Source of the DNA: an uncultured Gemmatimonadales bacterium
Lineage (GTDB): Bacteria > Gemmatimonadota > Gemmatimonadetes > Longimicrobiales > RSA9
Direction: 5' to 3'
Length of the DNA stretch: 64,000 nt
NCBI GenBank assembly: GCA_963816355.1
Contig: CAWFKH010000005.1
Coordinates: 340,074 to 404,073 of the forward strand
Below are positions 48,626 through 58,166 of this stretch, piece by piece. Made by a program: the position numbers and the translations under genes. How positions within the stretch are numbered: position 1 is the stretch's first letter; each line of letters opens with the position of its first letter. Under the pieces are notes generated by a model that was given only the letters and a program-made list of their open reading frames with translations, did no database searches and was not told the DNA's origin.

Positions 48626-49837
48626 ATGGTCATCGGCGAAGTCCTGCGCGTGGCGTTCGGCGCCATCCGCGCCAACAAGATGCGCTCGTTCCTGACGATG
48701 CTCGGCATCATCATCGGCATCGCCGCCGTGATCGCCATGGTCGCGCTCGGACAGGGCGCCCAGAAGTCCGTCCAGGACCGCCTCGCGAGCATGGGCACCA
48801 ACGTCCTCACGGTGCGCCCCGGCGCGCAGTTCTTCGGTGGCGTCGACCGCGGCGACAACAAGATGACCGCGCGGGACGCCGACGCGCTGCTCCGGGAGCC
48901 GGAGGACATCCGCGCGGTCTCGCCGGAGATGTCGCGGCGCCTGCAGGTCGTCTACGAGCGCGGCAACGCCAACCTCCAGGTCTACGGCATCTGGCCGGAC
49001 TACTTCCCGATCCAGAACAGCCACCTCGCCGCCGGCCGGCTGTTCACGCCGGGCGAAGAGCGCGGCCGGCGCCGCGTCGCGGTGCTCGGCGCCTCCGTCG
49101 GAGATCGGCTGCAAGCCGCGTCGACCGCCGCGCTGATCGGCCAGACGATCCGCATCAAGAACGTGCCCTTCGAGGTGATCGGCGTCCTCGACGTCAAGGG
49201 CGACGAGGGCTTCAACAACCCGGACGAGGCGGTCTACATCCCGCTCGGGACGGCGCAGTTCCGCGTCTTCGGCACCGACCGCGTCTCCTCGATCCTCGTG
49301 CAGGCGACATCGGAGAGCGCGCTCGACCCCGCGTTCGCGCAGATCGACCGCGTGCTCCGCCGCGAGCACCGGCTCCGCCCCGGCGAGGCGAGCGACTTCA
49401 CGATCCGCAACCAGGCGACGCTCCTCAACACGTTCCAGGAGACCGCCCAGACGTTCACGTTCCTGCTCGCCGGGATCGCGCTCGTGTCGCTGCTCGTGGG
49501 CGGCATCGGCATCATGAACATCATGCTCGTCTCCGTCACCGAGCGTACGCGCGAGATCGGCATCCGCAAGGCGATGGGCGCACGCCGGCGCGACATCCTG
49601 CTGCAGTTCCTCGTCGAGGCGCTCACCCTCTGCCTCGCCGGCGGCTTCCTCGGCAGCGCGCTCGGCATCGGCGGCGCCCTGGTCATGCAGCACATCGCCG
49701 GCTGGAACATCGCCGTCTCCACCACCGCCGTCAGCGTCGCCTTCGGCTTCGCGGGCGTGGTTGGCGTCTTCTTCGGCATGTGGCCCGCCCGCCGCGCGGC
49801 GAGTCTCGACCCGATCCTCGCGCTACGCTACGAATGA
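48626..49837 (+). CDS. ABC transporter permease (MacB/FtsX family, permease-only; no fused ATPase)
   Basis: It has the MacB periplasmic core domain and a 4-TM FtsX domain (MVIGEVLRVAFGAIRANKMRSFLTMLGIIIGIAAVIAMVALG). Confidence 0.85.
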   Translation: MVIGEVLRVAFGAIRANKMRSFLTMLGIIIGIAAVIAMVALGQGAQKSVQDRLASMGTNVLTVRPGAQFFGGVDRGDNKMTARDADALLREPEDIRAVSPEMSRRLQVVYERGNANLQVYGIWPDYFPIQNSHLAAGRLFTPGEERGRRRVAVLGASVGDRLQAASTAALIGQTIRIKNVPFEVIGVLDVKGDEGFNNPDEAVYIPLGTAQFRVFGTDRVSSILVQATSESALDPAFAQIDRVLRREHRLRPGEASDFTIRNQATLLNTFQETAQTFTFLLAGIALVSLLVGGIGIMNIMLVSVTERTREIGIRKAMGARRRDILLQFLVEALTLCLAGGFLGSALGIGGALVMQHIAGWNIAVSTTAVSVAFGFAGVVGVFFGMWPARRAASLDPILALRYE

Positions 49838-50370
49838 GCGACTTCGCGAGGCGGACGGCGATCGCCGCGGCCGGGGCGCTTGCGCTCGCGGCGTGCAGCT
49901 ACACCCCGCCGCCGGTGCCGCTCGAGGGCGTGCCCGGCGACGTCTCCGCCCTGATCGGCGCGTGGGAGGGCGAGTACTCGAGCCGCGACACTGGCCGCTC
50001 CGGCTACATCGCCTTCAGCCTGGTCGAGGTGGGCGACACTGCGCGCGGCGACGTGCTGATGCTGCCGCCCGGCGAGCCGCGCCCGGAGTGGAGGCGGGAC
50101 CGTGACGGCGGCATCGTCCTCACCGCTCCCACGCGCGGCCGCTCGCAGCTCCTCACGATCGCCTTCGTGCGCGCGCAGGCCGGCCGGGTCGCCGGCGCGC
50201 TGTCGCCCTATCGCGATCCCGCGTGCGGTTGCCTCCTCGAGACGCGCTTCTACGGCACCGTCGCCCGCGACTCCGTCTACGGCACCTTCGACTCGCACCA
50301 CGTCGACACCGGCGCGAACGCGCGCGGCACGTGGGTCGTCCACCGCCGCCCCCCGGCGCCGTCGCCCTGA
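49834..50370 (+). CDS. lipoprotein of unknown function
   Basis: It starts with MSDFARRTAIAAAGALALAACSY (lipobox LAAC). ATGA overlaps with the permease gene. Confidence 0.55.
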   Translation: MSDFARRTAIAAAGALALAACSYTPPPVPLEGVPGDVSALIGAWEGEYSSRDTGRSGYIAFSLVEVGDTARGDVLMLPPGEPRPEWRRDRDGGIVLTAPTRGRSQLLTIAFVRAQAGRVAGALSPYRDPACGCLLETRFYGTVARDSVYGTFDSHHVDTGANARGTWVVHRRPPAPSP

Positions 50371-50546
50371 GCCCGCACGGGCCGCCGCCTCCGCCGCTCC
50401 ATGGCACCGCGCGCGCCGTCTCGCCGCGCGCAGCCGCGCCGTGATGCGAACCCGGCCGCCCTCGCTTATCTTCCTCCGGCCGCCGGGCGCCCCGGCCCGC
50501 GGCAGGAGAACGGGCGAGCCTCCGCGAGCGCCCCCGCCAGCGACCC

Positions 50547-52454
50547 ATGCCGAGCGAGCCGACGTCGCACGCCGCCAACGATTCCGAGCCGAGGGGCAGG
50601 TACCTCTACCTGCTCACGCTCACCGCGCTCGGCGTCGTCTACGGCGACATCGGCACCAGCCCGCTGTACGCGATCCGCGAGTGCTTCTACGGCGAGTTCG
50701 GCATCCCGGTCAGCCACGCCAACGTGCTCGGCGTGCTTTCGCTCATCCTGTGGTCGCTGATCCTCGTCATCTCCTTCAAGTACCTCGTGTTCATCACACG
50801 CGCCGACAACCGCGGCGAGGGCGGCATCCTGGCGTTGATGTCGCTGGTCGCGCCGGCGCGCGATGCGCGCGGGAAGCGTGCGCTGATCCTCGTCGCAATG
50901 GGGATCTTCGGCGCCGCGCTGCTCTACGGCGACGGCATGATCACGCCGGCGATCTCGGTGCTCAGCGCGGTCGAGGGGCTCGGCGTCGCCACCACGCTCT
51001 TCGACCCCTACATCATCCCGATCACGATCGTCATCCTGATCGGGCTCTTCTTCTTCCAGAGCCGCGGCACCGCGAGCGTGGGCGCCATCTTCGGCCCGAT
51101 CACGCTCGTTTGGTTCGCCGTCCTCGCCGTGCTGGGCGTCGTCTCGATCGCGGGCCACCCGGCGGTGCTCGCCGCGGTGAGCCCGACGTACGCCGCCGTC
51201 TTCTTCGTGCGCAACGGGCTGCCCGGCTTCTTCGTGCTCGGCGCGGTCTTCCTCGTCGTCACGGGCGGCGAGGCGCTCTACGCGGACATGGGCCACTTCG
51301 GCCGCCGTCCGATCCGGCTCGGCTGGTTCGCCATCGTGCTGCCCGCGCTGCTCCTCAACTACTTCGGCCAGGGCGCGCTGTTGCTCGCCAACCCGGAAGC
51401 GGCGCACAACCCGTTCTACCGCATGGCTCCCGGCTGGGCGCTCTACCCGCTCGTGGCGCTGGCGACGCTGGCCACGATCATCGCGTCGCAGGCGGTGATC
51501 TCCGGCTCCTTCTCGCTCACGATGCAGGCGATCCAGCTCGGCTACAGCCCGCGCCTCAACATCGAGCACACGTCGGCGGAGGAGATCGGCCAGATCTACA
51601 TCCCGTCGATCAACTGGATCCTGATGCTCGCCACGATCGGCCTGGTCCTCGGCTTCAAGTCCTCCACGAACCTCGCCGCCGCGTACGGCGTCGCCGTCAC
51701 CACGACGATGGTGATCACGACGCTCATCTTCTACGTGGTCGCGCGCCGGCTGTGGAACTGGAGCGTCCTGAAGGCGGGCTCCCTGTGCGTCTTCTTCCTC
51801 TGCTTCGACCTTTCGTTCTTCGGCGCGAACCTGCTCAAGGTCACCGACGGCGGCTGGTTCCCGCTCCTCGTCGCCGGCATCGTATTCACCGTCCTGATGA
51901 CGTGGAAGCGCGGCCGCCAGATCCTGCAGGGGCGCCTCTCCGCCGCCGCCGTGCCGATCGACTTCTTCAAGCGCAACGTCCTGGCCGACGCGCCGATCCG
52001 CGTCCCCGGCACCGCCGTGTTCATGACCGGCAACCCGAACACCACGCCGCCGGCGCTGCTGCACCACCTGCAGCACACGAAGGTGCTGCACGAGAGGATC
52101 ATCCTGCTCACGGTCGTCACGGAGGAGATCCCGCACGTCGCGCCGGACGACCGCCTCGACGTCAGTGACCTCGGCGACGGCTTCTACGTGATGACGATCC
52201 ACTACGGCTTCATGCAGGACCCGAACGTGCCGCGCGAGCTGATGCGCGCGAAGAAGTTCGGCTTCGACTACAAGCCGATGCAGACCTCCTTCTTCCTCGG
52301 CCGCGAGCGGCTGCTCGCCACGAAGAAGGCGGGGATGGCGATATGGCGCGAACACCTCTTCGCCTTCCTCTCGCGCAACTCGCAGCCGGCCACCGCCTTC
52401 TTCCACCTGCCGCCGAACCGCATCGTCGAGCTCGGCATGCAGGTCGAGCTCTAG
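50547..52454 (+). CDS. kup: KUP/HAK/KT family potassium transporter
   Basis: It carries the signature GDIGTSPLY in a 12-TM core plus a cytoplasmic C-terminal domain, 635 aa. Confidence 0.92.
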   Translation: MPSEPTSHAANDSEPRGRYLYLLTLTALGVVYGDIGTSPLYAIRECFYGEFGIPVSHANVLGVLSLILWSLILVISFKYLVFITRADNRGEGGILALMSLVAPARDARGKRALILVAMGIFGAALLYGDGMITPAISVLSAVEGLGVATTLFDPYIIPITIVILIGLFFFQSRGTASVGAIFGPITLVWFAVLAVLGVVSIAGHPAVLAAVSPTYAAVFFVRNGLPGFFVLGAVFLVVTGGEALYADMGHFGRRPIRLGWFAIVLPALLLNYFGQGALLLANPEAAHNPFYRMAPGWALYPLVALATLATIIASQAVISGSFSLTMQAIQLGYSPRLNIEHTSAEEIGQIYIPSINWILMLATIGLVLGFKSSTNLAAAYGVAVTTTMVITTLIFYVVARRLWNWSVLKAGSLCVFFLCFDLSFFGANLLKVTDGGWFPLLVAGIVFTVLMTWKRGRQILQGRLSAAAVPIDFFKRNVLADAPIRVPGTAVFMTGNPNTTPPALLHHLQHTKVLHERIILLTVVTEEIPHVAPDDRLDVSDLGDGFYVMTIHYGFMQDPNVPRELMRAKKFGFDYKPMQTSFFLGRERLLATKKAGMAIWREHLFAFLSRNSQPATAFFHLPPNRIVELGMQVEL

Positions 52455-52466
52455 AACGCCAGCGAG

Positions 52467-55400
52467 GTGAACGCCATGCCGCGCAATCGCACTCCGACAT
52501 CGCGCAGCGCCCCCGTCGCGCTCGCCGCGCTCGCCCTCCTCGTGGCCTTCGCCGCCCCCGCCTCCGCCCGCGCACAGGCGATCGACACCACGCTCTACGA
52601 CCGGCTGCCCTTCCGCTTCATCGGACCGGAGGGCAACCGCGCCATCGCCGTCGCCGGCGAGCCCGGCAACCCCATGGTCGCCTACGTCGGCGCGGCTTCG
52701 GGCGGCCTCTTCAAGACCGAGGACGGCGGCGTCGACTGGCGGCCGGTCTTCGACGCCCAGGACGTCTCCTCCGTCAGCGCCCTCGCCGTCGACCCGGTCC
52801 ATCACAACGTCGTGTGGGCCGGTACCGGCGAGACGTTCATCATCCGGCCCGCGCTCTCGATCGGCGACGGCATCTACAAGAGCACGGACGGCGGCGAGAC
52901 GTGGCGCCGGATGGGGCTCGAGAAGACCGGCCGCATCGGGCGCATCGACGTCGATCCGAACGACCCGGACGTCGTCTTCGCGTGCGCGCTCGGCCACGGC
53001 TTCGGCCCGCAGCAGGAGCGCGGCGTCTACCGTACGAAGGACGGCGGCCGCACGTGGGAGAGGGTGCTCTTCGTCGACGAGAACACCGGCTGCGCGGACC
53101 TCGACGTCGACCCGAACGATCCGCGCGTCGTCTTCGCCGGCATGTGGCCGCTCCGCATCGACCCGTGGAAGCTCGCCAGCGGCGGCGCCTCCGGCGGCGT
53201 CTACGTCTCGCGCGACGGCGGCGACACGTGGGCGAAGATCGCGGGCCACGGCCTGCCCGCCGCCGGCGACTCCGTCGGCAAGGTCGCCGTCCGCATCGCG
53301 CCCAGCGACTCCCGCCGCGTCTACGCACTCCTCGAGCGCCACGACCCCACCCTCTACCGCTCCGACGACGGCGGCCACGAATGGCGGCTCGTCAGCCGCG
53401 ACCACGACATGGCCGAGCGCGCCCCCTACTACACCCGCTTCGCCGTCGACCCGCGCGACCCCGACCGCCTCTACTTCGTCTCCGTTCGCTTCAGCATCTC
53501 GCGCGACGGCGGCGAGACGCTCGGCGAGCGCGGCTTCGGCGCGGGCGGCGACAACCACGACGTGTGGATCGACCCGACCGACCCGGACCGCTACATGGTC
53601 GCCTCGGACGGCGGCGCGACCATCACGCTGAACCGCGGGAAGAGCTATCAGCGCGTCGTGCTGCCGATCGCGCAGATGTACCACGTCCACATTGACGACG
53701 AGATCCCCTACAACGTCTACGGCAACCGCCAGGACGGGTACTCCTACAAGGGCCCGAGCAACAGCCTCTCGGGCGCCATCACGGAAGGGATGTGGCACTC
53801 CGTCGGCGGCTGCGAGAGCGGCTTCGCCATCCCCGACACCGCCGGCGGCGACAAGGTGTGGTCCGGCTGCTACGACGGCGGCCTCGAGCTCTACGACCCC
53901 GCCACGCGCCAGAGCCGCAACGTCCGCGTCTGGCCGGAGGCCGGCTACGGCTGGCCGCCCGCCGAGCTCAAGGAGCGCTGGCACTGGACGTTCCCGATCG
54001 CCATCTCGCCCCACGACCACAACACGGTCTACGTCGGCAGCCAGTACGTCCACCGCACCACCGACGGCGGCGCCTCCTGGCAGGTGATCAGCCCCGACCT
54101 CACGCTCAACGACAGGAGCCGCCAGCAGAGCTCCGGCGGCGTCACCACCGACAACCTGATGACGTTCGACGGCTCCGTGCTCTACGCCATCGCCGAGTCG
54201 CCGGTGCAGGCGGGCGTCGTGTGGGCGGGCACGAACGACGGCCAGCTCAGCCTCACGCGCGACGGCGGCCGCACCTGGTCCAACGTCACGGCGAACCTCC
54301 GCGGCCTCGGCGCCTACGGCACGATCAGCAACGTCGAGCCCTCGCGCTGGGACGCCGGCACCGCCTACATCTCGGTCGACCGCCACCAGATGGCGGACTT
54401 CGAGCCCTACATCTACGAGACCACCGACTTCGGCCACACCTGGCGCCGCGTCAGCGGCGACCTGCCACGCTCCGTCTTCGGCTACGTCCACGTGGTGCGC
54501 GAGGACCCGCGCCGAAGAGGGATGCTCTACGCCGGCACCGAGAACTCGACCTACTTCTCCCTCGACGACGGCGCGCACTGGAACCCGCTGCGCAACGACA
54601 TGCCGCCCGCGCCCGTCTACTGGCTCACGATCCAGCCCCGCTTCGACGACCTCGTCGTCGGCACCTACGGCCGCGGCTTCTGGATCCTCGACGACGTCGG
54701 CGCCCTGCGCGGCCTCGACGCCGCCACCCTCGCCGCCGACGCGCACCTCTTCGCCCCGCGCGACGCCTACCGGTTCCAGCCGATCCACTCCGTCTCCAGC
54801 GCGCCGAACAGCAACGTCACCGGCCGCAGCCCCCGCTACGGCGCCGACATCGACTACTTCCTCGGCGCCGCGCCGGACGGCGACGTGAAGCTCGAGGTGC
54901 TGCAGGCGGATTCCGTCATCCGCACACTCCGCACGACGAAGCGGAAGGGGATCAACCGCGCGTGGTGGGACCTGCGCTACGAGCCGCCCGCCCGGCCCAC
55001 GCTCCGCACCACGCCGCCCGACAAGCCGTGGGTCCGCTTCCGCGAGGACGAGACGCGCCCGCTCGTGACGTGGGACCTCGACCTCGTCGGCGGCCAGATC
55101 GGCCCGCTCGCCCCCCCGGGCCGCTACACCATCCGCCTCACCGTCGCCGGCCACACCTACACGCAGCCGCTCACCGTGCTCAAGGACCCCCACTCCGCCG
55201 GCACCGCGCAGGAGATCGCCGCGCAGGTCCGCCTCGGCCTCCAGCTCCGCGACGAGCTCGGCGACGTATCACGCATGATCGACCGCCTCGAATGGCTGCG
55301 GAAACAGCTCGGCGACGCGCGCGCGCAACTCGCCGGCGACTCCTCCGCCGCCGGCGTCGTCGCCGCCGCGCGCGACCTCGAGGAGCAGGTGGTCGACGTC

Positions 55401-55667
55401 GAAGCACAGCTCTTCGACGTCCACCTCACCGGCTCGCGTGAGGACGCCTTTCGCAACCCGATGAAGCTCTACGGCCGCATCTCCGCGCTCGCCAGCGATG
55501 TCTTCGCCAACGGCGCCGACTTCGCGCCCACCCAGCAGCAGCGCGAGGTGCACGAGATCCTGAAGAAGCGGCTCGACGCCGCCCGCGCGCAGTTCGAGCG
55601 GATTCTGGAGACGGAGCTGCCGCGGCTGCAGGAGAAGATGACGGCGAAGGGGGTTGTGGTGACGTGA
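52467..55667 (+). CDS. secreted BNR/Asp-box repeat protein (sortilin/VPS10-like, glycosyl-hydrolase-like beta-propellers)
   Basis: It has a signal peptide and at least 9 S/T-x-D-G-G-x-T-W Asp-box motifs (KTEDGGVDW, KSTDGGETW, RTKDGGRTW, VSRDGGDTW, RTTDGGASW, LTRDGGRTW...). Confidence 0.8.
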   Translation: MNAMPRNRTPTSRSAPVALAALALLVAFAAPASARAQAIDTTLYDRLPFRFIGPEGNRAIAVAGEPGNPMVAYVGAASGGLFKTEDGGVDWRPVFDAQDVSSVSALAVDPVHHNVVWAGTGETFIIRPALSIGDGIYKSTDGGETWRRMGLEKTGRIGRIDVDPNDPDVVFACALGHGFGPQQERGVYRTKDGGRTWERVLFVDENTGCADLDVDPNDPRVVFAGMWPLRIDPWKLASGGASGGVYVSRDGGDTWAKIAGHGLPAAGDSVGKVAVRIAPSDSRRVYALLERHDPTLYRSDDGGHEWRLVSRDHDMAERAPYYTRFAVDPRDPDRLYFVSVRFSISRDGGETLGERGFGAGGDNHDVWIDPTDPDRYMVASDGGATITLNRGKSYQRVVLPIAQMYHVHIDDEIPYNVYGNRQDGYSYKGPSNSLSGAITEGMWHSVGGCESGFAIPDTAGGDKVWSGCYDGGLELYDPATRQSRNVRVWPEAGYGWPPAELKERWHWTFPIAISPHDHNTVYVGSQYVHRTTDGGASWQVISPDLTLNDRSRQQSSGGVTTDNLMTFDGSVLYAIAESPVQAGVVWAGTNDGQLSLTRDGGRTWSNVTANLRGLGAYGTISNVEPSRWDAGTAYISVDRHQMADFEPYIYETTDFGHTWRRVSGDLPRSVFGYVHVVREDPRRRGMLYAGTENSTYFSLDDGAHWNPLRNDMPPAPVYWLTIQPRFDDLVVGTYGRGFWILDDVGALRGLDAATLAADAHLFAPRDAYRFQPIHSVSSAPNSNVTGRSPRYGADIDYFLGAAPDGDVKLEVLQADSVIRTLRTTKRKGINRAWWDLRYEPPARPTLRTTPPDKPWVRFREDETRPLVTWDLDLVGGQIGPLAPPGRYTIRLTVAGHTYTQPLTVLKDPHSAGTAQEIAAQVRLGLQLRDELGDVSRMIDRLEWLRKQLGDARAQLAGDSSAAGVVAAARDLEEQVVDVEAQLFDVHLTGSREDAFRNPMKLYGRISALASDVFANGADFAPTQQQREVHEILKKRLDAARAQFERILETELPRLQEKMTAKGVVVT

Positions 55668-55851
55668 GGGGGTGGGGAGGCGCGAGGACTTGGGGCGGCG
55701 GGGACGGGACGGTACAGGGCGCGGCGTACCCCGGACCGGTCTGGGGTCTGCGGAGGGGGTCTGGGGAGGGTCTGGGGTACGAGGGTCTGCGGGGGGTGTG
55801 GGGTACGGGGGTCTGCGGGGGTCTGGGGTACGGGGGTCTGGGGGGGCTGCC
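55668..55851. repeat. G-rich tandem repeat block (GGGTCTGGGG / TACGGGGGTCTGCGGGGG units), left copy of an inverted-repeat pair
   Basis: Read directly. Its reverse complement recurs at 60055-60226, including the identical 27-mer CGGTCTGGGGTCTGCGGAGGGGGTCTG. Confidence 0.75.
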
Positions 55852-56676
55852 TTACGCGAACAGGAGGCGGAACGCGACCACGATCAGTGCCACCGACAGC
55901 AGGCGGACGACCACGCCGCCGTGGAGGCGGCGGGAGAGGCGGGCGCCGAATTGGGCGCCGACCACGACGCCGAGTCCCATGAACGCGGCGGGACCGAGCA
56001 GGACGTGGCCGAGCGCGAGGTGGGTCGAGGCGCCGACGAAGGCGGAGATCGCCAGGATGAAGTGCGACGTCGCCGTCGCGACGTGGGGCGGGAAGCCGAG
56101 CAGGAAGACGAGCGCCGGTACGTGGATGATGCCGCCGCCGATGCCGAGGATGCTCGACAGGAAGCCGACACCGATGCTGAGCACGATGCCGATCAGGATG
56201 TTGTAGCGGTAGTGGAAGCTCTCGCCGCCGGCGTCCGCGAAGCGGTGCTCGATGTGGTACCATCGCGGCGGCGGCCCGCCTTCCGTAGGCGGGACGCCGG
56301 CCCGCGCCGTCGTCGGGCGCCACATCAGCAGCGCCGCGATCAGGAGGAGGAGCACGCCGAACACGATCTCGAACGTGCGGCCGTGGAACAGCTCGGCGAG
56401 GAACGCACCCGCGATCGCGCCCGGCACCGTCGCGAGCGCGAAGGCGAGACCGGCGCGGTAGTCGATCCTCCGCTGGCGCGCGTAGGAGAACGAGCCGGAC
56501 GCGGCGTTCAGGAAGACGACGGTGATCGACGTGCCGGCTGCCTGCGCGGGGTCGGCGTGATAGAGGAGCAGGAGAACCGGCACCACCAGGAAGCCGCCGC
56601 CGGCGCCCACCAGCGTGCCGTACGCCCCGACGCCGAGTCCCAGCGCGAGGAACTCCATCGCTTCGACCCAGCCCAT
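55852..56676 (-). CDS. sulfite exporter TauE/SafE family protein
   Basis: Two DUF81 halves with GGG motifs (VGAGGGFLVVPVL, LGIGGGIIHVPAL). The second ATG is preceded by AAAGGGGAG. Confidence 0.8.
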   Translation of the reverse strand: MGWVEAMEFLALGLGVGAYGTLVGAGGGFLVVPVLLLLYHADPAQAAGTSITVVFLNAASGSFSYARQRRIDYRAGLAFALATVPGAIAGAFLAELFHGRTFEIVFGVLLLLIAALLMWRPTTARAGVPPTEGGPPPRWYHIEHRFADAGGESFHYRYNILIGIVLSIGVGFLSSILGIGGGIIHVPALVFLLGFPPHVATATSHFILAISAFVGASTHLALGHVLLGPAAFMGLGVVVGAQFGARLSRRLHGGVVVRLLSVALIVVAFRLLFA

Positions 56677-56844
56677 CGCTCCCCTTTCGCCTGTCACGCG
56701 ACGCCTCGCCGCCGGTCACGCGACGCCCCGCCGCCTCGCCGATACCGCGCGACCGGCAACCGATCGGCGCCGCGGCGGCATCCATCGTCTGCGACCGCCG
56801 CAGTATGAAACGCTCACACTCCCCGACGCACAAGGAGCAGATCG

Positions 56845-57318
56845 ATGAGGCGATGCGCTGCACTCCTCCTCACGGCGGCCGTCGCCGCCGCCGGGCTGGC
56901 GGTGCCTGCGGGCGCGAGCGCGCAGGAGCCGCGCCAGCCGCCGCCACCGCCGCCGGCCCCGGTGTCGACCTTCGGCGGCGGCGTACCGAATCCCGTTCTG
57001 GACCTGCTGCGCAGCGGCGACGAGCTCCACCTCACCGCGGAGCAGCGCGCGCGGATCGACAGGATCGGCAAGGCGCTCGACGCGAGGAACGCGCCCGCGT
57101 GGAAGGAGATCACCGCCGAGCTGGCGAGGATGCGCGCGCAGCGGGCGAGCGACGACGACACCGCCGCCACCCGCACGCGCACCTACGTCCGCCCCGATTT
57201 CACCCGCGTCCGCCCTTTGATGACGCAGGTCCGCGTCAACAGCGCCGCCGCCATGGACTCCGTCGTCGCGCTCCTCGACCCCGCGCAACGCAAGATCCTG
57301 CAGGAACGCGTGCACTGA
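56845..57318 (+). CDS. periplasmic LTXXQ-motif protein (second Spy/CpxP-like paralogue)
   Basis: It has a signal peptide, a Pro-rich linker, LTAEQRARIDRIGKALDARN and DPAQRKILQERV. Confidence 0.55.
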   Translation: MRRCAALLLTAAVAAAGLAVPAGASAQEPRQPPPPPPAPVSTFGGGVPNPVLDLLRSGDELHLTAEQRARIDRIGKALDARNAPAWKEITAELARMRAQRASDDDTAATRTRTYVRPDFTRVRPLMTQVRVNSAAAMDSVVALLDPAQRKILQERVH

Positions 57319-57331
57319 CGCGGCCCGTCCG

Positions 57332-58162
57332 ATGAGAGACCGATCCCGCTCGCGACGCACCACGCCGCTTCGCCTCGCCGGCGCGTGCGTCACCCTGCTC
57401 GCCGCGACGGCACCCGCGCGCGCGCAGGCGCCGCCCGCTCGGCCGCCCGCCCCCGCCGACCGCGTTCCGGCCTCCGCGTCGCCGTCGCTGCTGCCGCACC
57501 AGACCGCGTGGATCGGCGCGGCAGCGGCGCTCACGGCCGCGGCGCTGCTCGACGGGGAAGCCCGCGAGGAGCTGTTCGTCGAGCGCTCGACGCGCCTCTC
57601 CGGCGTCGAGCGCGTGGGCAACCACCTCGGCAACCCGCTCTACACGCTGCCTCCGCTCGCCGTCCTCGCCGGCGTCGGCGCGCTGCTCCACCGGCCGGCG
57701 ATCGCGCGCGGCGTCGGCCAGTCGGTCGCCGGCCTGCTCGCGACCGGCATCGTCGACGGCGCGATGAAGACGCTCGTGGGCCGGCAGCGCCCGAAGGTCG
57801 CGGGGGCGCGCGCGGCGTTCCACCCGCTCGAGCTCGACAACGCGTGGCAGTCGTTCCCCTCCGGGCACACGGCGGTCGCCTTCTCGCTCGCCACCGCGCT
57901 CGCGGAAGAGGTGCACGGCGTGCTCCCGGCGGCGCTCGCGTACGGCGCGGCCGGCGTCGTTGGCTGGTCGCGCATCTACAGCGACAACCACTGGGCGAGC
58001 GACGTGGTCGGCGGCGCGCTCGTGGGCGTCGTCACCACGCGCGCGACGATCCTCTGGCTCCGCCGCCACGACGACGCGCGGGCGCCTTCCACGCGCGAGG
58101 GCGCGGCGCCGCGCCTGTCGATCACGGCGACCGGCATCGCCCTGAGCATCCCCTCCCGCTGA
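57332..58162 (+). CDS. PAP2-family phosphatase
   Basis: It has the motifs KTLVGRQRP...PSGH...SRIYSDNHWASDV. Confidence 0.8.
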   Translation: MRDRSRSRRTTPLRLAGACVTLLAATAPARAQAPPARPPAPADRVPASASPSLLPHQTAWIGAAAALTAAALLDGEAREELFVERSTRLSGVERVGNHLGNPLYTLPPLAVLAGVGALLHRPAIARGVGQSVAGLLATGIVDGAMKTLVGRQRPKVAGARAAFHPLELDNAWQSFPSGHTAVAFSLATALAEEVHGVLPAALAYGAAGVVGWSRIYSDNHWASDVVGGALVGVVTTRATILWLRRHDDARAPSTREGAAPRLSITATGIALSIPSR

Positions 58163-58166
58163 CGCC

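Noticed and set aside
50371-50546. A possible potassium-responsive (ydaO/c-di-AMP) riboswitch upstream of kup
   Set aside because: I could not recognise the conserved ydaO pseudoknot motifs by eye in this GC-rich leader. It would need a covariance-model scan.
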